NCBI GenBank assembly: GCA_964636255.1
Contig: CAZWNW010000006.1
Coordinates: 46,364-110,363, forward strand
Reading direction: 5' to 3'
DNA: 64,000 nucleotides
DNA from: an uncultured Bacteriovoracaceae bacterium
GTDB taxonomy: Bacteria; Bdellovibrionota; UBA2428
Shown here: piece by piece, positions 47,370 to 58,171 of the stretch
Numbering within the stretch: position 1 is the stretch's first letter
Layout: each line of letters starts with the position of its first letter
Notes under the pieces: model-generated
The model's input: the letters and a program-made list of their open reading frames with translations, nothing else
What the model was told of the DNA's origin: nothing
The model's database searches: none
Made by a program: the position numbers and the translations under genes

Positions 47370-48269
47370 ATGAATCAGTCTAAAGCATTTTTGATTAGTG
47401 CAGGCGCGGCTGTGATCGCAATGTTCCTCGTTTTCTTTTACATCAGTGAAGAAACCGATCGTGTGAAAAAATCTTTTGGTACTGAAGTCGTTGTCGTTGT
47501 CGCTAACCGCGACATCAACGAATTGGAAGAGATCCAAACCAATATGCTCACGACCAAGACACTGCCGAAATCTTTTGTTCAACCGGGTTCAGATCCAGAT
47601 CCGAAAACATTCGAAGGTTCAACGGCTGGAGCACCGATCAAGGCCGGAGAGCAAGTTCTTCTGACCAAAGTTCTTTTGAAGGGCGCAGCCACCGGAATTG
47701 CGAATCAAGTCGCCATTCATCGGCGCGCACTTTCGATTCCCGTTAATGATGTTACGGGCGTGACGCGACTCCTTCGTCCCGGTGATCGAGTTGATATCAT
47801 CGCTAAAGTTCAATACAAAGGCGGCGAAGGCATCGAGTCTGAAATCAAGACGATCATGCAAAACGTCACAGTGCTTGCGGTGGGCGAGCTCGTGCAAAAC
47901 AACATCCCGGCAGCCTTTGAGCGCGATCCTGTTAGTGGAAATCGCAAGGCCCTGAACCTTCGCGGCTCTCGAGCTTTCAACACGGTGACTGTGGAGGTAA
48001 CTCCGCAAGACGCTCAAAAAGTAATCTTTGTTGTCGAAGAGGGCGCTAATCTCTTCTTGACCCTTCGAAACCCAGTCGATCAAATATTAGCACCTGTTTC
48101 TACGGTAACTGTAGACGATGTCTTGGGTCAAAATTCACGTAAGGCCGACCGCGAACGCAATGCACGAGTTCCTGCTCAGGCGCCCGGTCCAGCGGCAGCT
48201 CCGCCACCGCGAAGAGCCGCACCGCCACCTCCAGCTTTCTTAGAGGGAGGAATTCCCATTGCGGATTAA
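47370..48269 (+). CDS. cpaB: Flp pilus assembly protein CpaB/RcpC
   Basis: SAF domain VVVANRDI, LRPGDRVDI, QNVTVLAVG, LTLRNP. Confidence 0.9.
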   Translation: MNQSKAFLISAGAAVIAMFLVFFYISEETDRVKKSFGTEVVVVVANRDINELEEIQTNMLTTKTLPKSFVQPGSDPDPKTFEGSTAGAPIKAGEQVLLTKVLLKGAATGIANQVAIHRRALSIPVNDVTGVTRLLRPGDRVDIIAKVQYKGGEGIESEIKTIMQNVTVLAVGELVQNNIPAAFERDPVSGNRKALNLRGSRAFNTVTVEVTPQDAQKVIFVVEEGANLFLTLRNPVDQILAPVSTVTVDDVLGQNSRKADRERNARVPAQAPGPAAAPPPRRAAPPPPAFLEGGIPIAD

Positions 48270-49983
48270 AATATTTTTACTTCTGAGTTTTTCAGGCCTT
48301 CTAGGCCTAAGCGCTTTCGCTCAGTCGCTTAATGTAGGCGAGGATCAAGCCGTACCACGTCTTGATGGTCGAGAGGCTGATATTTTAGGGGGCATTCCCA
48401 ATACAGATATCGACCGAATTTATCGTGATCGACTGGATAGGGGAATACTAATTCCTGAATTTGGCATCGAAGATGTTTTCCTCACCAAAGGTTCAAAGGA
48501 AACGCTGGATTTAGAGCGTTTTGGTTTCATTTGTATCGAACCGACAATTGGGAATATTGTCGTCTCACGCGATCCGCCGGGAGATCCCACCGTACCACGT
48601 AAATCTCGCACAATTGAGGCCGTGACCGAGGGCACCACGATGTTGGTGATTACGGAGCGCGCACCGGGGCAAACGGTTTGTAAAGCCGAACAGCGTGGAC
48701 GACTTTTGAAAGTTTTTCGAGTCAGCGTAACCAATAAAGACGTTATGCAGGCACTTTTAGAACTTCGCGCTCTCATTGGGGGCATTGAGGGAATCAAGCT
48801 GCGTGTGGTCGGCGACAAAATTGTTGTCGATGGCGAAATCATCGTGCCCGCAGAAATCGAGCGATTTGCGCGCGTAATGAATCCGGATGGCGGATTCATG
48901 AAGGGAAATAAAAATCTTCCCGTGATTTTGAATTTGGTTCAGGTATCGCCACTTTCGCAGCAGTACCTGGCGCAAAAAATGGAAGAACAAATTGCAGGCG
49001 GCCCCGATCGCCCCCGCGACATTCGCGTGAAGGTCGTCAATGGTCGCTTCTTTCTTGAGGGTTCCGTAGATCGTCTCGCCCAGCGGGAAGAAGCCGAGAA
49101 GATTTGTCAGGCTTATATTCAACCGCGTTTAGAAGTTGCCAAAGCCGGTGTCAGTTATCCACAGCCTCAGGGCGAGGGAGCTCCGACGGATTGTAATAAC
49201 CTGGTGTGGGTGCGAGCGAGTCCTACTCCCGATCCTCCGGATGTTGTTTCGGTGCGCGTAGACTTCGTTAGTTTAAGTAAAAATTATCTGAAAGAGTTTG
49301 ATTTTAGCTGGAGCCCCTCGATCACCGAAAATTCCGGCGTTGAATACAGTTCCGACTTGGGACGGATTTCGTCTGGTTTCGTAGCAACGCTCAGTAGTCT
49401 CTTTCCAAAGCTTTACCATGCGCAGAGCCACGGCTACGGACGAATTTTGAAATCGGTGACATTGCTGACGAAGGATAACACGGACTCGAGTCCCACAACT
49501 CCGCCGCCGCAATCGACTGTGAGTGAATCATTCGAGCTGCCCTATCAGGAATGTCAGTTGGACGCCAATGGTCAGCAGGCCTGTAGAGTGGCTACGATGC
49601 CCGTTTCGACCACAGTCAAAGTCGGCGTGCGCTCGGTGAAGGGCTCGGATAAAATCAATATGGTCGTCGATGCGGTCAGTGAATCTGTACGCGGTGACCC
49701 TGTGGGAGGACGCCCACCAAAGACCACTCAAACTGTTGGCACGAACATCTCAGTTGCCTCCGGCGAAAGCGCAGCGCTGGGTGGAATGGTTACAGAGAGT
49801 AGGACTGTCGGTTATTCGCGACGTCCAGCAGCAGGCAGCGCAGTAAATATTTTCGATATATCAAGAAAGCATACGTTCCTGGATGACAAAACGCAGTTCA
49901 TTATCTTTGTAACGCCAACGAAGCAAAAAACTCCCAGTCCTGGCACAGAGGAGCTTAAGCGGAAATTCCGCTTGAGACGCTGA
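48259..49983 (+). CDS. cpaC: Flp pilus secretin CpaC/RcpA with BON-like domains
   Basis: Signal peptide; C-terminal secretin motifs (GESAALGGMV; TQFIIFVTP). Confidence 0.78.
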   Translation: MRIKIFLLLSFSGLLGLSAFAQSLNVGEDQAVPRLDGREADILGGIPNTDIDRIYRDRLDRGILIPEFGIEDVFLTKGSKETLDLERFGFICIEPTIGNIVVSRDPPGDPTVPRKSRTIEAVTEGTTMLVITERAPGQTVCKAEQRGRLLKVFRVSVTNKDVMQALLELRALIGGIEGIKLRVVGDKIVVDGEIIVPAEIERFARVMNPDGGFMKGNKNLPVILNLVQVSPLSQQYLAQKMEEQIAGGPDRPRDIRVKVVNGRFFLEGSVDRLAQREEAEKICQAYIQPRLEVAKAGVSYPQPQGEGAPTDCNNLVWVRASPTPDPPDVVSVRVDFVSLSKNYLKEFDFSWSPSITENSGVEYSSDLGRISSGFVATLSSLFPKLYHAQSHGYGRILKSVTLLTKDNTDSSPTTPPPQSTVSESFELPYQECQLDANGQQACRVATMPVSTTVKVGVRSVKGSDKINMVVDAVSESVRGDPVGGRPPKTTQTVGTNISVASGESAALGGMVTESRTVGYSRRPAAGSAVNIFDISRKHTFLDDKTQFIIFVTPTKQKTPSPGTEELKRKFRLRR

Positions 49984-49984
49984 A

Positions 49985-52168
49985 ATGGCTTTGCCTACTA
50001 AACGCCCACCCAGCCCCCGCACCGGCCACATCATCGCCGTATTGGGTGGAAAAGGTGGCGTCGGTAAATCAGTTTTCTCTGTGAACCTGGCACTAGCGCT
50101 CAGCGCGGATTTGGGCCGCAGTGTCGCTCTGGTTGATTGTGATCCGCATAGCACGGGTGATTTGGGTCTTATCGCAGGTGTGAAGCAAATGAACGGCAGT
50201 GGCGAGCAAATTATGGAAGGGAAGGTCACCGAGGTGGCCAAGCTCCAGCAGATTCTCACGCCGATTTTATCGCCCAAGCCACAAAGCCCCGTGCTTTTAC
50301 TGCAGATGTTACAAAATATGGAGCGGCTCGAGGGGATGGACCCCAGCAAGCTAGATCTAGCGTTGAAAATGATTCGCCGTGGATTTCCAATCACGGTCGT
50401 CGATTGCGGTAACGAGCCATCGGGTGCGATATCTGCTGTTCTTGATAATGCCACCATGATGTTGGTAGTGACGAATCCTGATATTCTCGTTTTGAACCAA
50501 ACGCGGCGGGTTCTGGATCTTCTACAAAGTGAGCTTTACCCAAATGATATCGTGAAGGTCATTGCTAATCGATTTCAGGCACAGGGACCTTTTTCACCTT
50601 CATTCATCGAGACAACATTGCGTCGTCAGGTGATCGGAGTGATCCCAGAGGATCCTGCAGTTGCCGGTACCTCGCTATCGCGGGGCCAGCCCTTCATCGT
50701 TTCCCATCCTAATTCCGTTTTGACTCAGGCTTACATGAGTCTTTCGCGTATGATCATCGAAAAGCGTTTGCTGGATCAATACTCACAAATGAGCAAGTCC
50801 GAAAAGTCGCGTAGCACTCCCAAAACTGCCGCGGAATCTAATGTGGTATTGCTAAAAAAAGGCACTGGAAAAGAGCCCTCTGATCCGCGCAGTGCATTTA
50901 AGTTGCGCGTCAACGCCATGTTAGTTGAACGCATGGACCTAAAAAAAGAAGAACTTGATCGTTCGATGGATCTGCAAAAGAAAGCGGAACTTCGAACACG
51001 CGCCCAACGCATCATTGCGGAAATCGTCAACACAGAAGATCATCCCTGGAAAGATCGTATTGAGAGTGCGCAGTTAACAAAAGAGGTATTGGACGAGGCA
51101 TTGGGACTGGGCCCTCTCGAAGACTTTCTGGCCGACCCCGCGGTGACCGAAATTATGGTAAATCGCGCCGACCTCATTTACATCGAAAAAAACGGGAAGC
51201 CGGCGAAATCAAAAGTTACCTTTTCAAGTAATGAACAGCTGCGAGCAATTATCGAACGGATCGTGAATCCCATCGGTCGCCGCATTGATGAAAAAACCCC
51301 TTATGTTGATGCGCGGCTTGCCGACGGATCTCGTGTGCATGCGATCATCCCTCCTCTGGCGCTGGACGGTCCGATGGTGACCATCCGGAAATTTCCGTTG
51401 AAACGTTTGGGGCCGGACGATCTGATCAAATACGCCAGCTCGACGCCCGAAATGATGGCTTTTCTAAAAGCCGCGATCGAAGCCCGCGCCAACGTACTCA
51501 TCAGCGGTGGAACCGGTTCTGGTAAAACGACGCTGCTCAATATCTTGAGTGGCTACATTCCCAATTCCGAACGCATTTTGACTGTGGAAGATTCTGCGGA
51601 ATTGCAGCTTCAGCAAGAACACGTCGGCCGACTTGAAGCTCGACCTCCCAATATGGAGGGTTCGGGCGCGGTGACCATTCGTGATCTGGTGAAGCAAACT
51701 CTGCGTATGCGACCGGATCGAATCATTATCGGAGAAGTCCGTTCCGGCGAAGCTCTTGACATGCTGCAGGCCATGAACACCGGTCATGACGGATCCATGG
51801 CAACTGTTCACTCGAATTCTCCGCGTGATGCGATCGCGCGACTCGAAACTTTGGTGATGATGGCGGGAATGGAACTTCCAGTTGAAGCCATTCGTCAGCA
51901 AATCGCAGGGGCCGTAAACGTGATCGTGCAACAATCTCGACTTGCTGATGGCTCGCGAAAAATCACACACGTCACAGAAATTTTGGGCTACAACGCCGCC
52001 AACAACTCTATCAATATGCAGGACATCTTTGTTTTTCGTTCGGGCGGTTTGGACAAGGATCATCGGGTCGTTGGTCGCCATATGGCTACCGGTTTTATGC
52101 CACAACTGATGGAACGCTTCATCGCAATGGGCATCAGTGTGCCCAAGGAGATTTTTAGAGCGGCATGA
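49985..52168 (+). CDS. cpaF: Fused CpaE/TadZ (MinD-like) and CpaF/TadA pilus ATPase
   Basis: N-terminal GGKGGVGKS; C-terminal [31 protein letters not shown]. Confidence 0.9.
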   Translation: MALPTKRPPSPRTGHIIAVLGGKGGVGKSVFSVNLALALSADLGRSVALVDCDPHSTGDLGLIAGVKQMNGSGEQIMEGKVTEVAKLQQILTPILSPKPQSPVLLLQMLQNMERLEGMDPSKLDLALKMIRRGFPITVVDCGNEPSGAISAVLDNATMMLVVTNPDILVLNQTRRVLDLLQSELYPNDIVKVIANRFQAQGPFSPSFIETTLRRQVIGVIPEDPAVAGTSLSRGQPFIVSHPNSVLTQAYMSLSRMIIEKRLLDQYSQMSKSEKSRSTPKTAAESNVVLLKKGTGKEPSDPRSAFKLRVNAMLVERMDLKKEELDRSMDLQKKAELRTRAQRIIAEIVNTEDHPWKDRIESAQLTKEVLDEALGLGPLEDFLADPAVTEIMVNRADLIYIEKNGKPAKSKVTFSSNEQLRAIIERIVNPIGRRIDEKTPYVDARLADGSRVHAIIPPLALDGPMVTIRKFPLKRLGPDDLIKYASSTPEMMAFLKAAIEARANVLISGGTGSGKTTLLNILSGYIPNSERILTVEDSAELQLQQEHVGRLEARPPNMEGSGAVTIRDLVKQTLRMRPDRIIIGEVRSGEALDMLQAMNTGHDGSMATVHSNSPRDAIARLETLVMMAGMELPVEAIRQQIAGAVNVIVQQSRLADGSRKITHVTEILGYNAANNSINMQDIFVFRSGGLDKDHRVVGRHMATGFMPQLMERFIAMGISVPKEIFRAA

Positions 52169-53031
52169 CGATGTTTGGCATTAGCCTCGCAAGTGGGGCC
52201 CTTTTTTTTATCGCCGTCTACCTATCTTTTGATCGGCTTTATTTGGCCGTTTGGGGACGTCTGAAAGCGGTCTCAGAGGATACGCTCATTGCCTATGAGG
52301 ATCTTTTTTTTAAGCGCACGTTGAATCAAGTGATCATGACTCAGGTTGTGGTTGCGGGGATCGTGAGTCTGGGGATTTTTTATCTTTTTATTTCCGTTCC
52401 ACTGATGTCACTTGGTCTGGCGATTGCTGCCTTCTACTTTTCTTGGCGTTTGCCTCGTTATTACCTAAACAGCATGCTTCGCCGTCGCCGAGTCGCAGAT
52501 TTTTCAGTTCAGATGGTCGATGGCTTGACGCTGATGGGAAACGCGTTGAAGTCAGGTATGAACTTGGCTCAATCATTAAAAATTGTAGTGGACGAAATGC
52601 AGGGACCCATCGCCCAGGAATTTCGGCTGATCCTAGATAATAACCGCATCGGTCAAACCCTGGAGGCGGGATTTGATAATCTGGCCCGACGTTTACCATC
52701 CGAAGACGTGCAAATGTTTGTGACTAGCGTGAATATTCTGAAAGAAACTGGCGGCAACATGGCGGAAACCTTTCAGACCATCACAACAACCATCCGCGAG
52801 CGCATCAAACTCAACAGCAAAATCGAAGCCATGACCGCCCAAGGAAAATCCGCTGCGGCCATCGTTTCGGCTCTTCCGTGGGGTTTGGGAGCGCTTCTTT
52901 ATGCGATTGACCCCGTCTTGATGGGACCACTTTTTTTCCATCCTGCCGGGTGGGCGATCTTATTTGTGGTTTTGCTTTTGCAAATCACAGCTTTCTTTTT
53001 GATCAAAAAAATCACGACAATTCGTGTTTGA
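52165..53031 (+). CDS. tadB: Tad inner membrane platform protein TadB
   Basis: DGLTLMGNALKSG, GPIAQEF, ETGGNMAE, IRERIKL. Confidence 0.9.
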   Translation: MTMFGISLASGALFFIAVYLSFDRLYLAVWGRLKAVSEDTLIAYEDLFFKRTLNQVIMTQVVVAGIVSLGIFYLFISVPLMSLGLAIAAFYFSWRLPRYYLNSMLRRRRVADFSVQMVDGLTLMGNALKSGMNLAQSLKIVVDEMQGPIAQEFRLILDNNRIGQTLEAGFDNLARRLPSEDVQMFVTSVNILKETGGNMAETFQTITTTIRERIKLNSKIEAMTAQGKSAAAIVSALPWGLGALLYAIDPVLMGPLFFHPAGWAILFVVLLLQITAFFLIKKITTIRV

Positions 53032-53121
53032 TAGGATCGTCGAATCCAATGACTTCTTTCTGACGCAAGGTTTGAGACTTTGCTCAGGCAAAGGCAACGG
53101 CTTCTCAGATATAATCTTGAA

Positions 53122-54357
53122 ATGCATCTTATTGGGATGGTGCTCATGTTGATTGCTGCACCTCTTGCGGCGCAGGTAATATCGCATCAGACACGCACCT
53201 CCGCTATTCGATCGGATGAAAATCAAGGCTGTTTGGATGGCAGGAAGGCGGTTGACTTAGCTTGGCAATTTCCTGATCCAAAAATCCAGAATTCTCAGGA
53301 TTGTTTTGCCTATGCTAGCGTGGCACTCTTCGAAGCAGCTCTAGCTCGAAAAACCAGGACCCACTTTAATCTTTCTGAGGAATATGCAGTTTTCCGGCAA
53401 CGTCGCTACGGTCAACGAAGCAGCCTTTTACAGAGAAAACGTTCCGGTGACTTTAAACAGACTGCAACTGCCGGCCATAACACCGAGGATTTTGCGAGAT
53501 ATTTGCTCAGAAATCCAGAGGCCCTTATCTGGAAAACTCAGATATCAAAGGAGTCTTATCATTCAGCAACGGCAAAGGCTCTTGAGGAAAATCTCGCAGA
53601 ATTCCGAGAACTTCTTCAACAAAAGGGCGCTCAAAGGCTCATGCAACTTTCTCGCAAGAGCTTCGATAAGAAGCAGAAAGAAATCTGTAGGGACTTTCCT
53701 AGTTGTAACAACGAGGAAAACAGGAAACTGCAAGAATTGCTGAAAGCAGCAGATTTGACATTGACGAAGGTCGCGACAAAATCATTGAACTCAACTGAGG
53801 CTGAAAAATCCAAGATGGCATTGCTGTCAGCCACAGAAAGTCTCAGGGCTGAGTCTGTTAAAATTTTCACAGAAGTTCAAAAACACCTTCCAGAATGGTT
53901 CCTGGTGAATTGTCTCTACACTTCTGAGACCGGTGGATCGCTTGGCCCTGCTCTCTTGGAGGATCAAGAGATGAAGAAATGCATAGAAAAACATGATCCG
54001 GAAAGTCTGGAGCCGATTCGTCTTGGTCTTATTCGATTAGAGGACTTGTATCGAGGGATGAGCGGTGTTGTCGCGCGGTACAAAACGGATAGTGACCAAT
54101 GCCTAAACATAGGCCGTCAACTTGAGAGAGATTTCAGATCTCAGCTCTGCAAAGGTCTTCCAATTTCCATTTCCTTCGTAAACGGTGTTGATGAGAATAA
54201 TAGAGTCCTGCGACACGCTGCAGTTATCAGTGGTTTCATGCCTGGATCAACTCCTGATGGTGATGTCTGGCTGGTTCGTGATTCAGCCTTTGGCAAAACA
54301 GTGCCTATGCCTACACGGGAACTTTGCCGAATCGAAAATGCATTTGTCATTCAGTAG
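53122..54357 (+). CDS. Secreted papain-like (C1) cysteine peptidase
   Basis: QNSQDCFAYA (Gln, Cys), HAAVISGF (His), WLVRDSAFG; start set at MHLIG. Confidence 0.65.
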   Translation: MHLIGMVLMLIAAPLAAQVISHQTRTSAIRSDENQGCLDGRKAVDLAWQFPDPKIQNSQDCFAYASVALFEAALARKTRTHFNLSEEYAVFRQRRYGQRSSLLQRKRSGDFKQTATAGHNTEDFARYLLRNPEALIWKTQISKESYHSATAKALEENLAEFRELLQQKGAQRLMQLSRKSFDKKQKEICRDFPSCNNEENRKLQELLKAADLTLTKVATKSLNSTEAEKSKMALLSATESLRAESVKIFTEVQKHLPEWFLVNCLYTSETGGSLGPALLEDQEMKKCIEKHDPESLEPIRLGLIRLEDLYRGMSGVVARYKTDSDQCLNIGRQLERDFRSQLCKGLPISISFVNGVDENNRVLRHAAVISGFMPGSTPDGDVWLVRDSAFGKTVPMPTRELCRIENAFVIQ

Positions 54358-54542
54358 TAGTTTCTAAAATGATAGGCCTGGGCGCCAAATTCCCGAATTG
54401 GAAAGAGCCCAGACTGCAGAAGTTGAAATATTACGCAGCAGAGTTGCGACAGAGGATTTAGAATCGACGCGAAGACCTGAGAGCTGAAAATTAATCGTCT
54501 GTTTATCGGATCGCCCATAGCTCATGCTACAATTCAATTCAC

Positions 54543-55538
54543 ATGACTTTTGAAATTAAGCCCTCCTACACAATTCGGAAAAGTGCTTTCAGTCTTCTCG
54601 AGATACTTGTGGCAGTTGCTATCTTAGGAGTGGCTTCATTTGCACTTATGGAACTGATGAATAGCCTTGCGAAAAGCAATCTCAACATGCAACAGCAAGC
54701 CGAGGCCACCCACCTACACAACGAAATCTATGCGCTTCTTCGAAATCCGGATGCTTGTCTAGAGACTTTCTCCAACACGGCAGTCGATGCGGGTTCTACA
54801 GCAGTCAATTCACTGAAACGTGCAAACGGCACCGAAGCTTTCAACACCACAGATCTTTATGCGGGAAAAAAACTTCAGATCCCCGTGATGAGCGTGGGCG
54901 ATTTTACTCTAGACGGGAGCGACCCAGCTGTAGGTCAGGCGGTGTTGTGGTTGACGATCACCAAAATGGGCGAACCCCTGGGTCCAAAGGCGCTTCGAAG
55001 AGCTGTCAAATTGCACGTGAAGCGCAACAACCCGGGCGACAACAAAGTTACAAGTTGTGTGGCTGTGGGCGGAAATCTGACTTCGAGCGCAAGTGGCGGG
55101 GCTTCTTACACTGCCTGGGGCACTACTAATTGCGCTTCTGGTTATGAGAAGGCCTACGACGGTGTGGCGGCTGTGGCCTACTTCACGGGTGGGGTCGGAA
55201 GCTCTCCTGTATGTAAAGAAGGCGCCAACTTTACTGCGGCCGGAAGTTTCAGTTGGGGAACTGGCGGCTCAATCGCTAGCACTCAATCTATTTCATGTGC
55301 CGTTTGCGTCGGAAATAACTACGTTGCGTGGGGAACAACTTCCTGCGCTGCAGGCTTTACAGCTGCATACAGCGGCTATGCTGTAATTCCTTATCATACA
55401 GGAACTGTTGCGAGTTCTCCGATCTGCAAGGAGGGGGCCGTGTTTCCGACTCCCGTAACTGGTTTCTATTGGGGTTCAGGAGACAAGGCGTCCCCCTCCA
55501 CCAGTCCTGATCTTTCCTGTTCCCTCTGCGTAAGATAA
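54543..55538 (+). CDS. Type IV pilin-like protein with two Cys-rich C-terminal repeats
   Basis: SA|FSLLEILVAVAILG N-methylation motif; repeats YxAWGTTxCxxG. Confidence 0.8.
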   Translation: MTFEIKPSYTIRKSAFSLLEILVAVAILGVASFALMELMNSLAKSNLNMQQQAEATHLHNEIYALLRNPDACLETFSNTAVDAGSTAVNSLKRANGTEAFNTTDLYAGKKLQIPVMSVGDFTLDGSDPAVGQAVLWLTITKMGEPLGPKALRRAVKLHVKRNNPGDNKVTSCVAVGGNLTSSASGGASYTAWGTTNCASGYEKAYDGVAAVAYFTGGVGSSPVCKEGANFTAAGSFSWGTGGSIASTQSISCAVCVGNNYVAWGTTSCAAGFTAAYSGYAVIPYHTGTVASSPICKEGAVFPTPVTGFYWGSGDKASPSTSPDLSCSLCVR

Positions 55539-55655
55539 GCAGAATTTTGCCACCAATAGTACTTGGGTCGCTTTGATCGCTTTTGCAATCAGTATGATGA
55601 GTTGAAAGGTGGAAGTAGGTTGACCGATATTCCGATCCGGGCCTAAGCGGGATAA

Positions 55656-56681
55656 ATGTTTGATTTTTACTCTGGTGAAAGTTTTAATTCTTCGCAGGCT
55701 ATTGGTTTTTTCTTACTTGCAATATGCGCAAGTTCCACAGGCCTGTCGTCGCTTTCCGCCCAAGCTAAAATTCCGGGATCAAGCACCGAGAACTTCACTT
55801 TTTACAGCTCCCCGGGCTTTGGCTGTGATGGAGTGGACTTAGGTGGATCTCTTACTAGGCCGGCTGACGGAAATTCCAAAGCCTTGGTTATTTTTGCCCA
55901 TGGCTCTGGGACAACAGACCGCGATGAGAGCGTGGGGGACTTCAAACCCTTTCGCGATCTTGCAGAGGATTTCGCTCAAGCTCAAGTCGCCACCTTACGG
56001 TTCGATAAGCGAGGATCAACAAAAGAAAGTTTGAGTTCTATCAAGGATCCAGCCGAGCTTAGCCCTAAAGCCTACATTGAAGATCTGAAAAGTTTGATTG
56101 AATACTCAAAGCGTAGAGAGGATCTGCAAAAATTGCCTCTCTTTCTGCTCGGGCATAGTGAGGGCGTTAATTTTGTTGTTGAGATTGCAAAGGAGCGCGG
56201 TGATTCCCTCGCAGGAATCATCTTGCTGGCAGGTCTAGGTCATTATGGAATTCACGAGACACTTTTGCGTCAATTTGAATCGTTGAAGGATTTGCCCGGA
56301 GCGGAGGGCAAAAAATACGCCGCACTTTTTCAAGACGGCAGTAGATATTTCAATGACCTTCTTGCCGGAAGGATCGCGGACGATCAAACCTTTATGAATG
56401 TTTATCCCAAATATTGGAGTGATTGGATTGCGATCACAAAGAGGGCTTCCCGTGTTGCTGCTGAGGTTGAGGTTCCAAGTTTTTTGGCACAGGGTGATGC
56501 GGATTGGAATGTGACTCGGAAGGATTTTGATTCTTTGTCGGCCGCTCTTTCTAAAAAATCCAATCATGAATCTTTTTATGTCCACGGCCTCAACCACTAT
56601 TTAACTATAGGTACATCGACTCAAGTCGATAAGGGCCTAAGCAGCAGGATCTCAAACTGGATAACGAGACTGCTGAAATGA
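55656..56681 (+). CDS. Secreted alpha/beta hydrolase
   Basis: HGSG, LRFDKRG, GHSEG nucleophile elbow, QGDAD, GLNH. Confidence 0.85.
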   Translation: MFDFYSGESFNSSQAIGFFLLAICASSTGLSSLSAQAKIPGSSTENFTFYSSPGFGCDGVDLGGSLTRPADGNSKALVIFAHGSGTTDRDESVGDFKPFRDLAEDFAQAQVATLRFDKRGSTKESLSSIKDPAELSPKAYIEDLKSLIEYSKRREDLQKLPLFLLGHSEGVNFVVEIAKERGDSLAGIILLAGLGHYGIHETLLRQFESLKDLPGAEGKKYAALFQDGSRYFNDLLAGRIADDQTFMNVYPKYWSDWIAITKRASRVAAEVEVPSFLAQGDADWNVTRKDFDSLSAALSKKSNHESFYVHGLNHYLTIGTSTQVDKGLSSRISNWITRLLK

Positions 56682-56707
56682 ATAGAGTTGTTCCTCTAAA
56701 TATTGCA

Positions 56708-58171
56708 TCAATATCCGTAACCACGATTAGGAACTAGCGGAGGACGACGAAGTCGCACTTCCTCGAGGGCGGCCTCGACGTTAATGATTCCATTAGTCGT
56801 GACTTTGTTTTCCAGCGCCAGCGAATGAGTCGCAGTTTTCATGATGATCTCTTTCAGTTCAGGACCCGTGAGAGCGGGATTGTCGTCCAGGAGTCGAGCC
56901 GCAAGCCCCGCAACTTGCGGAGCTGCCATCGAAGTTCCGCTCATCTTGAGCGTCAGATTTTCGGGTGCAAGACTGGGTACTGCCACGCCCCATGCGGCTA
57001 CGTTTACAAAGGTTGGGGAATAGCATGAAAATCTCGCAATGTTGCCGTTCTGCGTGACGGCCGCAACTGTTAGTACGTTTGCAAATTCACGTGAAAGCAT
57101 AGCCGGATAAACGGGATAGCGGTCCAAATTGCCTGAGTCCTCAATGTGGGGATTTCCGCCATCATTCCCTGCTGCGATGACGAAGAGTGTTTTGGGATTT
57201 TGAGTGAAGAGTTGTCTCCAACCGGCAGCATTCGCCTCCAACACTGCGTTCACCATATAATAGAGCGTTTCCTTGCGCTCGTTATTCATTTCGGTTTCAA
57301 GTGGCAGTTTGGCTTTGTTTAACTCCTCAAACCAAAGTGCCAAGAGAGTGCGGTAAACGTTCATTCCAGAAACGCCCAAGCTAAGATTGACCACTTGGAA
57401 TTCCATGCTGGAAACATAGGCGCTAATGCGGGCAGAGCTTGCCATTTCGCGTCGTCGCATTACTTGGACTTGTTGTTCAAGAGCGGCACGATCATCCAGG
57501 TAACTTTTAAAGGGACCTTCACTCATGCCCAGCTTGTCAAAGAAATCGAGCTGAACTTCGCGCATAAAACTTGCCATGCCGACCGAGGGAGTTCGTTCCA
57601 GATTGTACTTCGTGCGAAGCCACCCGCCTTCCAGTGTGCGCGCTTCGTTGGGGCCTGAACTTGCACTGAAGACATTCATGCTTTGAATTTGGGTCGACTT
57701 CGGCGATTGCTTTTGAATGATCCCCGCTACATGCGTGCCATGCGAAAGGCCTGTAATGAATTGAATGTAGGCACGTAGTTGAGGGTCTTCGTTCACGCGT
57801 CGGATAGCCTGAACGTCACCATCTTCTAGGCTAGACGCAAAATCTACGGCTTCTTTTGCGCTGAGAAAATAACCAAAGGGATCGGGCTGCTGAAATACGG
57901 ATCTCATCCAATCAGGGAAAAAGTTGGAGTCGTTTGAAACTAGGTTCCAGCCCCAGATATTGTCGATAAAACCATTTTTTGTGTCGTCCGTGTTGGCCAG
58001 TCCGTAAAGTTCTGAATACTCAGTGAGCGCATTCCCTTTTAGACTTTCGTGAAAGAGATCTACGCCTTCATCGATCACTAAAACCCGAGCATCGAAAGCC
58101 TGGGTGGCAGTCGCCCACGACAGTGACAGTAGAATTCCCAAGTTGGATGCGGATTTAAATATTTTCTTCAT
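56708..58171 (-). CDS. Secreted S8 subtilisin-like serine protease
   Basis: VIDEGVD, HGTHVAGII, AAGND, GTSMAAPQVAG; signal peptide. Confidence 0.92.
   Translation of the reverse strand: MKKIFKSASNLGILLSLSWATATQAFDARVLVIDEGVDLFHESLKGNALTEYSELYGLANTDDTKNGFIDNIWGWNLVSNDSNFFPDWMRSVFQQPDPFGYFLSAKEAVDFASSLEDGDVQAIRRVNEDPQLRAYIQFITGLSHGTHVAGIIQKQSPKSTQIQSMNVFSASSGPNEARTLEGGWLRTKYNLERTPSVGMASFMREVQLDFFDKLGMSEGPFKSYLDDRAALEQQVQVMRRREMASSARISAYVSSMEFQVVNLSLGVSGMNVYRTLLALWFEELNKAKLPLETEMNNERKETLYYMVNAVLEANAAGWRQLFTQNPKTLFVIAAGNDGGNPHIEDSGNLDRYPVYPAMLSREFANVLTVAAVTQNGNIARFSCYSPTFVNVAAWGVAVPSLAPENLTLKMSGTSMAAPQVAGLAARLLDDNPALTGPELKEIIMKTATHSLALENKVTTNGIINVEAALEEVRLRRPPLVPNRGYGY

Noticed and set aside
54500-54535. 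CCGATAA sigma28-like -10 near the pilin gene
   Set aside because: It is on the antisense strand and has no TAAA -35 at the right distance.
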